Of a stretch of DNA of 64,000 bases, positions 27,957 to 41,822 are shown one piece after another. How positions within the stretch are numbered: position 1 is the first letter of the stretch; every line of letters begins with the position of its first letter. This DNA is from Octopus sinensis (taxonomy: Eukaryota), in assembly GCF_006345805.1 (NCBI RefSeq), contig NC_042997.1, forward strand, positions 93,372,001 to 93,436,000, in the 5' to 3' direction. Below the pieces are notes generated by a model. That model was not told the origin of the DNA. It was given only the letters and a program-made list of their open reading frames with translations, and searched no databases. The position numbers and the translations under genes were made by a program.

Positions 27957-28864
27957 TGAGGTGTGTTCAAAAAGTGTTTGACTTTATTTCTTCCTGCTAC
28001 AACTAAAGCTGCAAGGGCAAAATCCTTTAGGCGGGAGATGACACCACCTTTCTCACATCTGTATGAAAATTCCCATGCTGGTAGGCTGCATCAATTATGC
28101 CTAGAGTACAGACATGTAGTGAACACTCATTGAATTTTCGTTTCCACGCGTGACTAAAAGAATTGAGCAGTGACCATAAACCCATGTCTCATCACTAGTG
28201 ATGATAGTCTTCAAAAAGTCTGGGTTGTGGTTTGTACAGCCCAGCATGTCCTGAAAAATTTCCATGGGGAGTTGTTTTTGTTGCTATGCCAGCACCTGGG
28301 GAATCAATTTTGCCATCTCTCTCCACCTGCACAAATCCTCCATTAAAATAAAATGCACTGATCCTGTGCTTACTCCCACTTCATAAACAATTTCCTTGAT
28401 TGTTGCATGGCAGTCTTCTATGACCATTTGCCAAACCATCTCCATCAGCTGCTAGTTTCAGCTTGTGAATGGTCTGCCTGAGCATGCCTCGCTTTCTACT
28501 GAGGAACAACCATGTTTAAAGCAGTTGTACCACTCCTTCCCTGATCTGAGTTTTGCTCGTGACATCATCACCAAAGTGCTGCTGAAGTTTCTGGATGGTT
28601 TGAGCTTGAGTATCACCAAGCTTTTGACAAAACTTGATACAATATCTCTGCTTGTTGTGTTCTGTGTAAATGAAAATCTGACAAGTGTGCATTACTTGTC
28701 TGTACTCTTGGTGTGACAGCCAGGAACTGAGGTGGCATACCTGCATGGAAATTTTTATATATGTGCAGAAAGGGTGGTGTCACCTCCCACTCAAAGGGTT
28801 TTTTCCACGTGGCATTAGTTTTGGCAGAAAAAATAAAATCAGATACTTTCTGAATGTACCTTGC
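27957..28864 (-). mobile_element. Internally deleted, decayed mariner-like element
   Basis: Imperfect TIRs (TGAGGTGTGTTCAAAAAGT.../...ACTTTCTGAATGTACCTTG); minus-strand QRYCIKFCQKLG...FGDD HTH typical of a mariner N-terminus. Confidence 0.72.
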
Positions 28865-29256
28865 ACATTTAAGTTTTGAACTATTTATGTATAGTTAAGC
28901 TTAAATATATACTGCACACAAATATTTATTAATTATTTAATAAATATTGACAAATGCTTATTGACAAACGCACTATTGACAAATGCACTGTATTCAAATT
29001 AACCTAGCCATTATATCTAAGTAGTGATTTGTTTCTGGTTTAAGTAGCATTTAAGTTGATATATGACTAGTGATGTTTATTCCTGTTTGGGAAGAGAATA
29101 ACAAGATGAGTTTATGCATATTTAAAGTTCCACAGCAAAGGCTTTAAAAACTGTACTTTAAATTTATCTTAAGTTTTTAACTGCATAATTGATATTATGT
29201 ATTTAGATTTTCCTCTTTGTTTCTCATTAATTTTTCTGCTCTCTTTTTATTTACAG

Positions 29257-29393
29257 GAACAGACACATTGGTCCTTATGGACTATCTCAAGTCAAATGAG
29301 ATGACAAAACTATTTGGTTTCGTAGAAATGGCACCTGATTTCCTCAAAATCTTTTTACATTCAATGTATCGTTTGATTCAACGTCCAGATGAA
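29257..29393 (+). CDS. Exon D3 (phase 1-0): TDTLVLMDYLKSNEMTKLFGFVEMAPDF...LIQRPDE
   Basis: ttacag acceptor, gtaagt donor, 137 nt. Confidence 0.89.
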
Positions 29394-29783
29394 GTAAGTA
29401 GTTGCTATTTCTCAGCTAATTTATGGAAGTTATTTAACAAGCTACTTCTCTTTCCCTTCTCTGATGATTTCTTAAAAAAATTTTTAAATAAATTTCAAGT
29501 GAAAATTCCAGTAATATTGGCAGTATAGTATTCCTAGCTACATATCTTTTCCCCTGAATACAATAAATTGTATGTTAATAAATGTCTTGCTAATTTGTAT
29601 CTAAATAATTGCATCTCATTGACAGAATTAGGAGCAGCATCAGAATTATTAATAGAGAATAGCTCTTATACTTCTTATTCAGCCAAACTTGATGGATTTT
29701 TATCTTTATATATTGTTTATTTATTTGTTTATAGCAATGATTTCTGTCTTTAGCAATTATTTTTCTTTCACTTTCTTTCAAAG

Positions 29784-29993
29784 GTACGGCATATACTACC
29801 ACATGTCACTTGGGATAGCCTTTGTGCTAATATATCTATATTTGAACATATATTTGACACCAAATATTTGCAAATGAACACCACACATATACATAGCATC
29901 GTGTGTAACAAGGTTCTGTCAGAGACCAATTTTACCCTTTTGGTACAGGATTTAAGCCAGAACGTTGAGGGCTTTAGTATCTACATTCATAAT
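29784..29993 (+). CDS. Exon A4 (phase 0-0): VRHILPHVTWDSLCANISIFEHIF...SIVCNKVL...NVEGFSIYIHN
   Basis: tttcaaag acceptor, gtaagt donor, 210 nt, W-x3-C-x26-C. Confidence 0.89.
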
Positions 29994-31003
29994 GTAAGTT
30001 TCTTGCTTAAATCATACATTTATGAGCATTTTGTAATTCCATATTGTTACTAAGCAATTATGTCTATTAATAATTTTATTGCATATATCATTTATTTACC
30101 AGCAACTAAACACAATTTAGTTGAACCACAGAGTTCTGAGTCAAATGAGTGTGAAACAACTAGAAGTTCATATCACATCACTGCATGATATCTTTAACAA
30201 AGACACTTAGCTTTAGTGGTCTTGTTCATGTAGTTTAAAATTGATACTTTGTTAAAAACAGTATATAGACAATGTACAGTATACTAGCCATCTCAATATG
30301 GCTAACCACTAAGGGTGGGTGTTACTGTAGCTTTTAGCCCCAGGAGATCATGTTTTATCATATATACAGTATAAACAATAATAGTAATATTACTATTACA
30401 GTTAAATAATAGTAATATAAGTAATAGTAAGTAATAGTAATATAAAATTTAATGGTATAAGGCTGAGTTCAGCAAAATAATTTTTCGATCCAATAGAGTT
30501 TGACTACAGAAACTAAAATTAAAAACTGACCAAAACCTGATCACTAAGGTCAAAAGTAAGATAAAATTCATATCGGTCAGAAATTGCCTGATTACTTTTG
30601 TAATACAGTAACTATAATGCAATAGGCATTTAGTCATTTAGATCTAGATGTCCTAATTCAGTTAGCTCTTCGATTTTGAATTTGACATATAGATCCTATT
30701 CTAGATAAAACATTTGTTTATTACAAGTAACATACTCCATTGATCTCATGCTTATTCCCAACATCTGGATGAATGAAGAGAGTAGAACTATATGCACTAG
30801 AGCTAGCTCTTAAACTCATAAACTACTCAGTTCCTTCCACTCTAAAAGGATCTACTCTGGTTTTGGAAATGCATTACAATATGTCTCAGCACCAAGAAAG
30901 GTAAGCTGTTTGAGCCTGTGAACTGTCATCTTCTTTCCCTCACTTTTAATATCCTTAGGTAACAGTGATAGTCATTAACAGCAACCTCTGCCAATGCATT
31001 GAA

Positions 31004-31069
<66 letters not shown>

Positions 31070-32926
31070 CTCTCTCTATTTCTTTCTTTCTTTCTCTCTA
31101 TTTCTCTCTATCTATCTATCTCTCCATGATCCAAAAAGTAAGACCTACTGATGACCTACTTTTCTCTGTCACCCACAAGTGAATGCTTTCCTTTGAGGAA
31201 TTTGGTGAAAATTGTTGTCACCTTCATCATCAGCAAAACTTTCAACTATGGCCAGCATACAAATCTCCAGTCAAAATTTCTTGCCTATGAACTCGACCCA
31301 TTTCTTTTCTTTCCTCAGTAGCTTCCTCCCAGATCACACTCTTGCCATGTATTGACAGAGCTCTTTTTATCCTATCAACTCTGGCATGCCCAAGTGTTTC
31401 TTTGGCCTTCCATTCTCTTCAATGACGCATTTACTGCCATATCTAGCAACACCCATTCTTATGGTGATGAGGTTATCCTCCACTCCTGTTTAACATTCTC
31501 AAATCTTGCAATTTACAACTTAATGCTCACAACTTAATGCTACATTACAAATACATATTGACTCCATGAACAAAAAGTATCATCCTTCAACCGCAAGTAA
31601 ACACAAATGCTATTCGTATAAAAAAAACTTACACTAAAGAAACTACTTCACTCACCCTAATCATGAGCACTCAGCTGGAACGCTTGAAGTTGTTCTAATC
31701 ATTGGGTTTCACTAGAGGATCTCTCCTGGTAAAAGTATTTTCGAAATATATCTAGGATCACATTCCAGTGACTTCCCCTTCTCTTCATAACCAGAAAAGA
31801 AGCCTCCAATGATTATTAATGAGCAGAAACTCACAATGAAGTATTGCACTCAAATCTGAGATAGTGATACTATACTGCTGCTTACACAGAAATCCTAAAA
31901 CACAACCTGAAAATGGCCACCTGACTGGTATAAAGTAATTTATAAACACTCTCCAGCCTTTGGTCCACAGGCAAGCTGTTTCCTCTTTCTCTACCTTTTT
32001 TGCTGATACTATAACAGGCACCGCTCCTTGGTGCTGGCTTGGCTCATACAAGCATTCCATTCCTTTTGCCTTCTCTCATCATCTTTGTTGTATCCAGCAT
32101 CCTAGGCAACAGTGAATAGTGACAGTTACATTAACAAGTTAAAGTTTTGCAAAGAGAAAGAAAGGGTGGTAATATAGAGATAAATCTGAAGTGACAGAGC
32201 TGGAAATGGGAACATATATTCAAGCACATAATTTCACTGATACACATATACAAATTACACATATACAGCAAATAAATTTACACAAATCATTTTTTGACTT
32301 AATATTGATTTTAAATTTTGGCACAAGGCCAGCAAGTTCAGGAGAGGGGGTAAGTTGATTACAGTGACCCCAGTGCTCAACTGGTACTTATTTTAATGGC
32401 TGCAAAAGGATGAAAGGCAAAGTTGATCTCAGCAGAATTTGAATTCAGAGTGTAACGGTGCATGAAATGCTAAGCATTTTGCCTGGTGCAGTAATAATTC
32501 TGCCAGCTTGCCACCTTTTTTCTTAACTTAATATTAAAGAAGAAAACTTTTTAATTACATTCAACCATCCAGGAAAGAGAGAAACACATAATACAGCCTT
32601 AGATATGCAATACACAAACAAAAAAACAGATGAGGTTGTCATATCACAAACATTTCAATGATAGGTCTACAACAACTGCATCTGCATCCATAACAAGACT
32701 TTTTCAATTGATAAATAAATGTATATTCACTAATATAGATGTACTTAGAACAATTCTTACAAGGGATTCATCATCAATGTTATAAGTATCATGTACTTGG
32801 GTCAATTTAATGACACACTAAAATGTGTGACAGGCACAACTACCAGAAATTATTGGTTTTGCTGTTCTCTTCTTCATTATTGTTGCTCTAAATAGTAAAT
32901 GCTAAATATGTCTTTTTCCTTTGTAG

Positions 32927-33159
32927 ATGCATGTTCTCCTGACAACTAATCCAGAAAATATTCACAGAACTGTCAGTTACTTTCAAATTGCTAAAGAAAT
33001 GTTCCTGTTCCAAAATTTAATGGATTCTTTAATGAAAAATCCCCCACGATTCTTCATGAGTTCAAACAACAACTGGTTGGATTCCAAAGCTTATGGTGAT
33101 ACATTTGAAATATTACAAAAAAAGCTGAAAGTTCTTGAACAAGATTTAATGAACTCAAG
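32927..33159 (+). CDS. Exon B4 (phase 0-2): MHVLLTTNPENIHRTVSY...SLMKNPPRFF...QDLMNS(S)
   Basis: ttgtag acceptor, gtatgt donor, 233 nt. Confidence 0.89.
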
Positions 33160-33787
33160 GTATGTGGCACTACATTACGAATAATATTTTCTTTCTTAGT
33201 TCTGTGTATTTTTATATTCCAGGCACTGATAGCATTTTTTAAAAACATTTTTATTTATCTCATTATCTTGATCAGCATACAAGATTTTGCTACCTATAGT
33301 ATAGGTTTCTGCTCCTTTGTATTTTTAATGGTGCTTGATTAATATTGCAATATATATTTTTTTGCAATAAAACAAAGGAAAGAATGTAATATGTCTTACT
33401 TAACAGTTTAAAACCGTGAACTTAGTAACTAATAATTCTAATTGATGCCGGTTTCACACCTAAAAACTGTGGAGGGATATAAGGATAGAGGAATATGACA
33501 TCTATGCTCTCTCTTGAGGCATCTTATGGAATAAAAAAAATAAGTTTTAACCCAAAGTACATTCGTGTTTCTACTTTCCACTTTCTAACTTCTGGCTGAA
33601 GCCCATATCTAAAAGTAACCTAAAAAATAAACCATCAAATAATATAGGATTTTAACAAATTGTTTCTTAGATAAGCACCTGCACTTATATATACACTTGT
33701 TCTTCATTTCAGTTTTATTAATGGCCTTATTTTTATTCAAGCAATAATAAATCTCTGATCGAAGTGTAAACAGTAGCTGCATGACAA

Positions 33788-34018
33788 TGTGAAGTATTTT
33801 TTCTACTTAAATGTGGCTAACCACTAAGGGTGGATGCTACTGTAGCTTGTAGCCCCAGGAGAACATCTTCTCCAGCTGGCTATTGACACACTTTCTGTGC
33901 CCTATCTGTGCACAGAAAGTGTGTCAATAGCCAGCTGGAGATGTTCTCCTGGGGCTACAAGCTACAGTAGCATCCACCCTTAGTGGTTAGCCACATTTAA
34001 GTGGAAAAAGTACTTCAC
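33788..34018. repeat. Near-perfect fold-back, about 110-bp arms (solo arm near 30297-30350)
   Basis: ACTTAAATGTGGCTAACCACTAAGGGTGGATGC... mirrored as ...GCATCCACCCTTAGTGGTTAGCCACATTTAAGT. Confidence 0.85.
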
Positions 34019-34043
34019 TTATTCTTATTGTTATTGTTATTTT

Positions 34044-34179
34044 AGTGTCCTTTGTCTGAAATCTTTTGTCACACATCCTGTGACCTCTTCAGCAACTCAC
34101 CATCCCACATGTCTCTGAGATAGGCAGTCCTTGAAGAGGCCACAGGGCCTGTGATGAAAGATTCCAGACAAAGGACACT
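34044..34179. repeat. Small fold-back with hammerhead cores in both arms
   Basis: Arms give the consensus CTGAAGA-GGTCACA-loop-TGTGAC-GAAA-GATT. Confidence 0.75.
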
Positions 34180-34948
34180 GAAGTGAAGAACAAATTTATT
34201 ATGTCTGTGTTGTATGTTTATTTGTCTAAATAAAAAAATGACCATCCTGAAATATAACAATTTCTTAGATGATGTTAGATCTAATATTGTATATGTTGAG
34301 AAAGTGACGAATTTTTAAATCACTCTTTATATACTCTATGAATACAATATCACTGCTGAAATTTTACCTTAGAGCTTTCAAGAAAGTCTAGTAGAAAACA
34401 ACATATGAAGGCCAACAAAAGATATAGAGAAAGTTGTAAGGTTAGATTTAAAGATGTGACTCTGACAAGATAATACAACATTGAAATGTGCTGATATGTT
34501 GCATTGAAGGCTCCAAATTAGGAGTAAAACAGATGTTAAAACAAGAATTATGATGATAATAAGTTGGAAAAATATATTTATTCTAGTGGTAGTCAAAGTT
34601 ATATGATTGGTCATATGTTGCCAAAAGAATTTCTTTTTTAATCTCTAGCTTAAAGATAAACTTAGCTTATACTCATTCTTTATAACATAAAAGATAAACC
34701 ATATGATACAACTACTTCAAGTGATAATCATCTTCAAGATTTAATGACCTTTAATGAATTCTAGACTATTTAGAGCAGAAATGTTCACTATGATATTTGG
34801 CTACATTAAAAATACTTATGAGAAATGATTTTTATTTCTCTTAAAGTAAAACTTGCCAGTGTACAAAAAACATTTCAGAACAAAATATATGTCTCCTATA
34901 AATTAATATAAAATATATATTCTCTTTTAATCTTTTCTTTTGTTTTAG

Positions 34949-35088
34949 TACTAAATTGGAGATAAATATAATGAAAATTATTGAAATGGTTGGTGACATG
35001 ACTGGAATAGAATTAATGCCAAACGCCAATATTATTGTGGAACAAAAAATCATTGAATTTATCAATGTAAATCTAGAAGTTATTGCTG
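34949..35088 (+). CDS. Exon C4 (phase 2-1): TKLEINIMKIIEMVGDMTG...IVEQKIIEFINVNLEVIA
   Basis: ttttag acceptor, gtaagt donor, 140 nt. Confidence 0.89.
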
Positions 35089-35142
35089 GTAAGTATTTCC
35101 TGAATTCCTTTGAAATTATTCATATATATAATTTCATACATG

Positions 35143-35180
<38 letters not shown>

Positions 35181-35192
35181 ATATGTGTGTAT

Positions 35193-35227
<35 letters not shown>

Positions 35228-35396
35228 CATATATTTATATACACATATGTATATGTATATATATATATATATGCATATAAATATATGCACACACACACAC
35301 ACACTATCAGATGTTTTTAAACATTGCTGATGCATTTTTGCATTGTTTTAGCCTTCAAATGATGCCACCCCACTGGTGTGTGTGTATGTGTGTATA

Positions 35397-37700
35397 CTAG
35401 CTGAATGACCCAGTGCCGTCCGAGTTACTGCTGTTCTTATTCAGTTTAGCAAACAATAAATATAAAGATATATTCTCATAACTATTTCAAAATATCTATA
35501 TTCTTTTGAAAAATATCCAAATTGTAATGATAAAAGAATTTCAAACTGAAAATATGTCAATGTTGAAGCACCTCAGGGTAAATAATATCATCATCATCAT
35601 CATCATCATCATATACATTGTGTAATTTTTTGTTGGTGTCAAAATGAATAAATTGTTGCTGCTTCTAACATGTGAGCAAGCAACATAGAGTTGCCCATGG
35701 GAAAAACATGTAATAGAGAAATCAACTACCTTGAGGGATTGACCCTGAGATTTGTAATTGAAATAACAAAACTTAGTTTGACTGGAAACTGAAGCATCTT
35801 AAATTGAAATAGAACATCGGTAGGTATGGGAAGAATTTTTGGAATAAAGGCCTTTTCTCCTTTGCAACTACCTGTTATGATTGATGCCTGTAGGACATAG
35901 GGTTTCATGGAAGTAACAATTGAGTTTCATTACACAGGTGAGATGGGTCAAGATTCATACGTAACATAATGGGAGCACCCAGTTTTAGTGTCAAGTTATG
36001 CAGTGGCATCCCAGTAGGTTTAAATGTGTTCAGAAATTCGACAGGGTATTGAACAACCTGATCTTGATCGACTGTTGTCAATTGATCGAAAAGTCATTTC
36101 TGATGTATCTGTTAACTTTTGAAGACGTTCAAGACTGAGTTTATCAAACATTTCACTAGTTGGAGCTAGTATAACTCTTTCACATTTCCAATTTACATCA
36201 GTGTAATTGACAGATAAATACTTTATCCATAAGTTCCATAAGAGAAAGTATGATTTGACTGCATATAATTTGAGTTGAATGTTAATATCTCATTACCAAC
36301 CTTAAGAAGCTCGTATGATCACCTTGTAGAAGTACTCTGATGTTGCTTGTAAGATGAAGTTTTTCACATGTCTCCAATGTTACGATTTATTAAGCATGCA
36401 TTGACCTCATCAGCTTTTGATTCTTTGGGGATAACTGGCAATGTTTGACAAAAGTTTCCTGCAAGAAGAACTGTTACTCCTCCCATGAGCATGCTATTGT
36501 TTTTATGTCTTGGTGGGTACAGTCAAGTACCTCTACAGATCCATAATGTGACATAGTGCACTCATCCCAAACAATGAGGTAAGTTTGTTGGAGAACTGTT
36601 GCATTGCAGAGTCTTTTGGAAATGTTGCACATTTGAGATTCCTTCATTGCAAGATTTTGAGGGAGCTTAAACATGGAATGTGCTGTTCTTCTCCCATTGA
36701 GGAGTATTAGAGATTTAATTATCATTTTTTAATAATTGTAATATCTTCATTATGTGAAGATATTACATGGAATGTGCTGTTCTTCTCCCATTGAGGAGTA
36801 TTAGAGATTTAATTATCATTTTTTAATAATTGTAATATCTTCATTATTATTTATCTGTCAATTACACTGATGTAAACTGGAAATGTGAAAGAGTTATACT
36901 AGCTCCAACTAGTGAAATGTTTGATAAACTCAGTCTTGAACGTCTTCAAAAGTTAACAGATACATCAGAAATGACTTTTCGATCAATTGACAACAGTCGA
37001 TCAAGATCAGGTTGTTCAATACCCTGTTGAATTTCTGAACACATTTGAACCCACTGGGATGCCACTGCATAACTTGACAGAAGATGCAACAGTGGAAGAA
37101 GGTTAGATTTTATTTCCTCCCATTTAGGATTGCAGATGAAAGTGACAAAAAGATCTGGTTTTCCATATGTTCTGACATATGTCATAGCATCTTGTGTTGA
37201 TTTGTGCATATATCGAGGATCACCTGTGGATGATGATGGGAGGATTATAAGTTGCCCCATGTTTTGAATATCACCATCTGTCCTCAGAGCAAAATTTTTA
37301 GTCCTTAACCTTTTTTGATTCTTACAAATGTAGAGGAGGTGCTGACTCTCAACTTTAGCATACATATCAACCAGGTATTGCTGAAATAGATCTTGAAACA
37401 TACGTAATTGATTTGATTGCTCTGGTCTTACATCAGTTGGTAAGAATAGAAGTCATTTGACAACACCTTGTTTGTAATTGGCTCTCTTGTTGCAGGTTCA
37501 ATCAGTGGAATATTGAAATGATACCCATCTTGCCCATTCCACAAAATAAGAGGATACTGGAGAGCATCATAAGAGGGATGAGTCTCTGAAACATGTTTAA
37601 GGTTGTCATCTCAAGCATGAATGAGAATATCATGATGTTCATGGGTACTACCTACCATAAGGATGCCTACTTCATTAAATGTGGGCTCATTAAAATGCCA
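35397..37700 (-). mobile_element. Degenerate, rearranged autonomous-type Helitron (Rep + PIF1 helicase fragments)
   Basis: Rep motifs LFQQYLVDMY, IILPSS..G.PRYM, YGKPDLFVTF.CNPKW; helicase motifs GRRTAHSMFKLP, IVWDECTM, QFPVKLSF; 3' hairpin + CTAG|T at 35397 on the minus strand. The 5' boundary is approximate. Confidence 0.85.
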
Positions 37701-37756
37701 TAAAATATCCTGTACTGTAGTTTACTGAAGGCATAGTACGTTTGGGGTCATATTCC

Positions 37757-37801
<45 letters not shown>

Positions 37802-38984
37802 TTAGAGATAAAACCACTATTAGGCAAATCAAACAGTGAAAAACATAAACCAAAACATGGAATTAAAATTAATTAATATAATATACAAAATATATAAAAT
37901 ATAAAATTTAAAATTTATATTATTTAAATTTAAAGTTAAAATTAAAAAATTTTTTTAATTGTTAATTTATACTTATAAATTTTTATATATATTTAATATA
38001 TATATATATTATTATTTTTATTTTTAGTATTATTTTTATTTTTATTTTTATATTTTTAAGTTCTACATTCTATATTATATTCTATATTATATATAACATT
38101 ATATATATACAAATTATATGTGTGTGTGTGTGTGTGTGTATACACTCACACATATGAATGCATGTATATAAGTATGTAACAACTTCCTTAATGTAAGATT
38201 TTAAATAATGAATTGTATATATAAATACTACTTTTGGATTGTAGAACTTAAAATTTATCAAATAATGACAGTAGATTGTTTGCTTGTTTGACATTTATGT
38301 AAAGCTAACAAAAAATTTTAATTGAAGGTTTTATGCCAGCGCCGTCTTGACTGACTTCCATGCTGGTGGCACATAAAAAGCACCAAATGATCGTGGCCGT
38401 TGCCAGCCACTCCTGGCACATAAAAAGCACCTACTACACTCACGAAGTGGTTGGCGTTAGGAAGGGCATCCAGTTGTAGAAATACTGTCAGATCAGACTG
38501 GAGCCTGGTGCAGCCTCCTGGCTTCCCAGACCCCGGTCGAACCGTCCTACCCATGCTAGCATGGAAAACGGACATTAAACGATGATGTTGATGATGATGA
38601 TGATGTTTTAATTTAATTCACTTTAAAACAGAGAGTTTGAAAAAAGTGGTCACAGGACATTTGGTATCAAAAGGTTTGAAGATGTTAAACTTTGCAGATA
38701 TATTGAAGAGACTTTAGGAGAAGAATTGATTATGAAACAATTGTTATGCAAAATTAGCTTAAGATGAAAGTGAAAAGAAACTGGATTTTGAATGTACTTC
38801 TCATTCAATATCATTAAAATATATATTTTTTTATATTCGATCATGTTTTGGCAGTCAGTAATTATGTTCAGCCTCAAAATTAAGTACTACAGATACTAAC
38901 TGTTGCTCATATTCCTTTATTTCCATATAAGAATATTGTACAGTTACATTTTCAAAATCAAAACTATTCAATATTCTGTTTCAG

Positions 38985-39121
38985 CATCTGGTTCATTCAA
39001 TATTTTTGAGCATATAAATTCTATGGAATTCAGGAAGCTTCTTGGACAGGTTGAGATTACACCAGAAATTTCTGCATTGGTTGCTGCAACTGGTTTCGAC
39101 ATATTTATGAATCCTGAGATG
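38985..39121 (+). CDS. Exon D4 (phase 1-0): SGSFNIFEHINSMEFRKLLGQVEITPE...DIFMNPEM
   Basis: tttcag acceptor, gtaagt donor, 137 nt. Confidence 0.89.
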
Positions 39122-40127
39122 GTAAGTAGTGAAAAGGAATGAAAATGATCTGATTTTCATTTACAATAAGTAAAATTAATAATACTCTTAATGAATCCAA
39201 GACAAACGACTATATTTTTTTCCACAATAACAGATAACAAAACCAGGAATAAACTATCAAAATTTCTAGAATTATCACCATAAAACTGGTCTATTAACAA
39301 AAAGAAATGAAATCAAATGTTTTTATTTTTATTCCTATTTCAATTTCGCCACTGTTCTACATTCAAGATAGTTACAAGAAATAAACTATCAAAACCAGAT
39401 AGTTTATTTCAATATAATAAATGATAAGACTTCAACAATATAATGTCCATGGGAAATGTTGAGAAAGAACTTTAAAAAATCAGTTTATACTTTTGATCTC
39501 TCTGAACTGATCTCTCAGATTTTTTTCAGTTCAATATTTGCCAATTTGATAACAACATTAAATAGATAATGAAATGTTATCAACATATTTCTTAGAAATT
39601 GTTATTATGTATACTTCTTTTAGAAAGAGGGTGTGGGGATTCATGAATACAAAGAGGAGTTAGGATGCTCTGCAATACAGTATGTTATCAAGTATATTGA
39701 TCACTGTATATTTGAGTCCTAAACTTTTTAAGATCTAAACTTCTGAGGCTCCGGCTAACAAATTGTTGCTTTTGGATTGATTTTGTTTAGGCATGTATAA
39801 TATTTACTTTGTACTCCAAGCTTATCACTCATTCACAGCACCTGCAAAAATGATACCCTAGGTCTTTTACTATGAGCCTTGGCATGAAATTAGCATTCTT
39901 ATAAAAAAAGTTTCAGTTACTTGTTTCATATACTAATATTTTAATATGTTAAGCAAAGTAGGGGTTTGAAAAAATAATATAGAAAAGACAACCAAGCATG
40001 ATATTACTTACAGACAATCAAAATTCATTAAGTTTATAAATGCAGCTGCACTATCATATCAATACATCTTTGACTTATATTGAAAATATTTAGATTATCA
40101 TACATCTGTTGTATATTTTCTCCACAG

Positions 40128-40325
40128 TATCTACCATTTATTCTTGATTGGACTCATTGGGAAAAGATGTGTAACAATACAACTCTTTTCCAAAAACTGT
40201 TCCCACGCTTTGAAGATAAAAGCTCTATACAAACAGCATGTGACCTGATATTACCAGTTAACTATGAAATCCTCCTACAAGAATTAACTGCAACACTTCC
40301 TGGTTTCAGCAGTCTTTGGGAAATG
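40128..40325 (+). CDS. Exon A5 (phase 0-0): YLPFILDWTHWEKMCNNTTLFQKLFP...TACDLI...TLPGFSSLWEM
   Basis: ccacag acceptor, gtgaga donor, 198 nt, W-x3-C-x22-C. Confidence 0.9.
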
Positions 40326-40522
40326 GTGAGATTTTGTGAGATTTTAAATATTCTTCTCTATGCTGCCTGTTAAATCTATTTGTTTTTCTTTTTTACAATA
40401 CCCACTTTGTCTCAACATGTTTCTGGTATTGAAGGGGTACAGGAGCTGAAGACCATTATGGAAGATCGGGATGAATGGGGAACACATGTGGAAACAATTT
40501 TGGGGCATCCTGAGGGATGACC

Positions 40523-40554
<32 letters not shown>

Positions 40555-40577
40555 GATAGATAGATAGATAGATAGAT

Positions 40578-41651
40578 ATGTTTCTTTATTAGCCACACAG
40601 GGCTGCACACAGGGCACACAGATAGAACAAATTACAAGGTAGAGCTTTTCTTTTGAAGGTTTAAAAAAAATAAAAAAATTAAAAAAAATTAAAAAAAATA
40701 AAAATAAGAAAAAAATAAAATAAAATAAAAATAAAATAAAAAAGGGGGGGTCGATCAAAAGGGATCGTAAAAGGAGAGAAAGAGGACAAAAAAAAAGGGG
40801 GAGAGGAAAAAAATTGATCAATAGGGATCGTTATCACAGAAATGTCAATATGAAGTGTAAAGGGGGGGACAGGTGAGGTTTACCCGTGGAAAGAAAAGCC
40901 TACGGAAAAGACCACGGTAACCTCGGTCAATGAAGTCACATGTTATATTTCTTTTTTTTTTTTTTGCAAATAAGCAACTCTCTGTATTAATTTTTACGGT
41001 TCATAGAATCATAGTCAAGGTGGCTTCGTCATTCATACGTGCCATCCTTGCTACATTCACCCATCTTTTTTTAAAACATTCACTAGACAAAACTTGCCTC
41101 TCTACTCTCACTTTTTTCTTCAAGTGATACTTGAAGAAGTTGATGAGAGATTGACCAGAGAGGAAAGTGTTTGTCTCTAATCCTTTCAGACGCGTCCACC
41201 AGATACATTCTTTCGCCATAGCCACAAGTATGATAAAAATAGCTCTTCCTTCCCGTTTGAAGGAAGGAGGCGTGACGATATTAACGATAGACTCGGCTGA
41301 TAAACCGACACGTCCCACACGTGACAGCAGTCGTTCGACATAAGCCCACAGGTGGGAAATTGCTGGACACTGCACGATTGCGTGCAGAGCGGTTTCGTCG
41401 CTCTGCCCGCATCTCGGGCAGGTCGGCCCCGTGTTTCTCGAGCCATGCCTATAGAGCTTATCCCGAACAGGTAGCGCTTCTCGGTAGCACCGCCAGGCCA
41501 GGGATCTCTGGAAGTTGTCCATAGGTCCCGGGCCGAAAGTCGTTTGAAACAGGCGGGTCAGGTATTCCTCGTCGACGCCCAGGTTTGCCCCGAGCTCGTC
41601 GTCGTACCTCCCCTCCACTAATCCCCTATAGAATGCTTTGGTTGTGTTGAA
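40578..41651 (-). mobile_element. Tx1/L1-clade LINE 3' fragment, copy 1
   Basis: zf-RVT-like CPRCGQSDETALHAIVQC...W motif, AKECIWWTR, 3' UTR with AATAAA followed by (TATC)n. Confidence 0.85.
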
Positions 41652-41678
41652 GATAGATAGATAGATAGATAGATAGAT

Positions 41679-41710
<32 letters not shown>

Positions 41711-41772
41711 GTAGGTAGGTAGGTAGGTAGGTAGGTAGTAGGTAGGTAGGTAGGTAGTAGTAGGTAGGTAGG

Positions 41773-41821
<49 letters not shown>

Positions 41822-41822
<1 letters not shown>

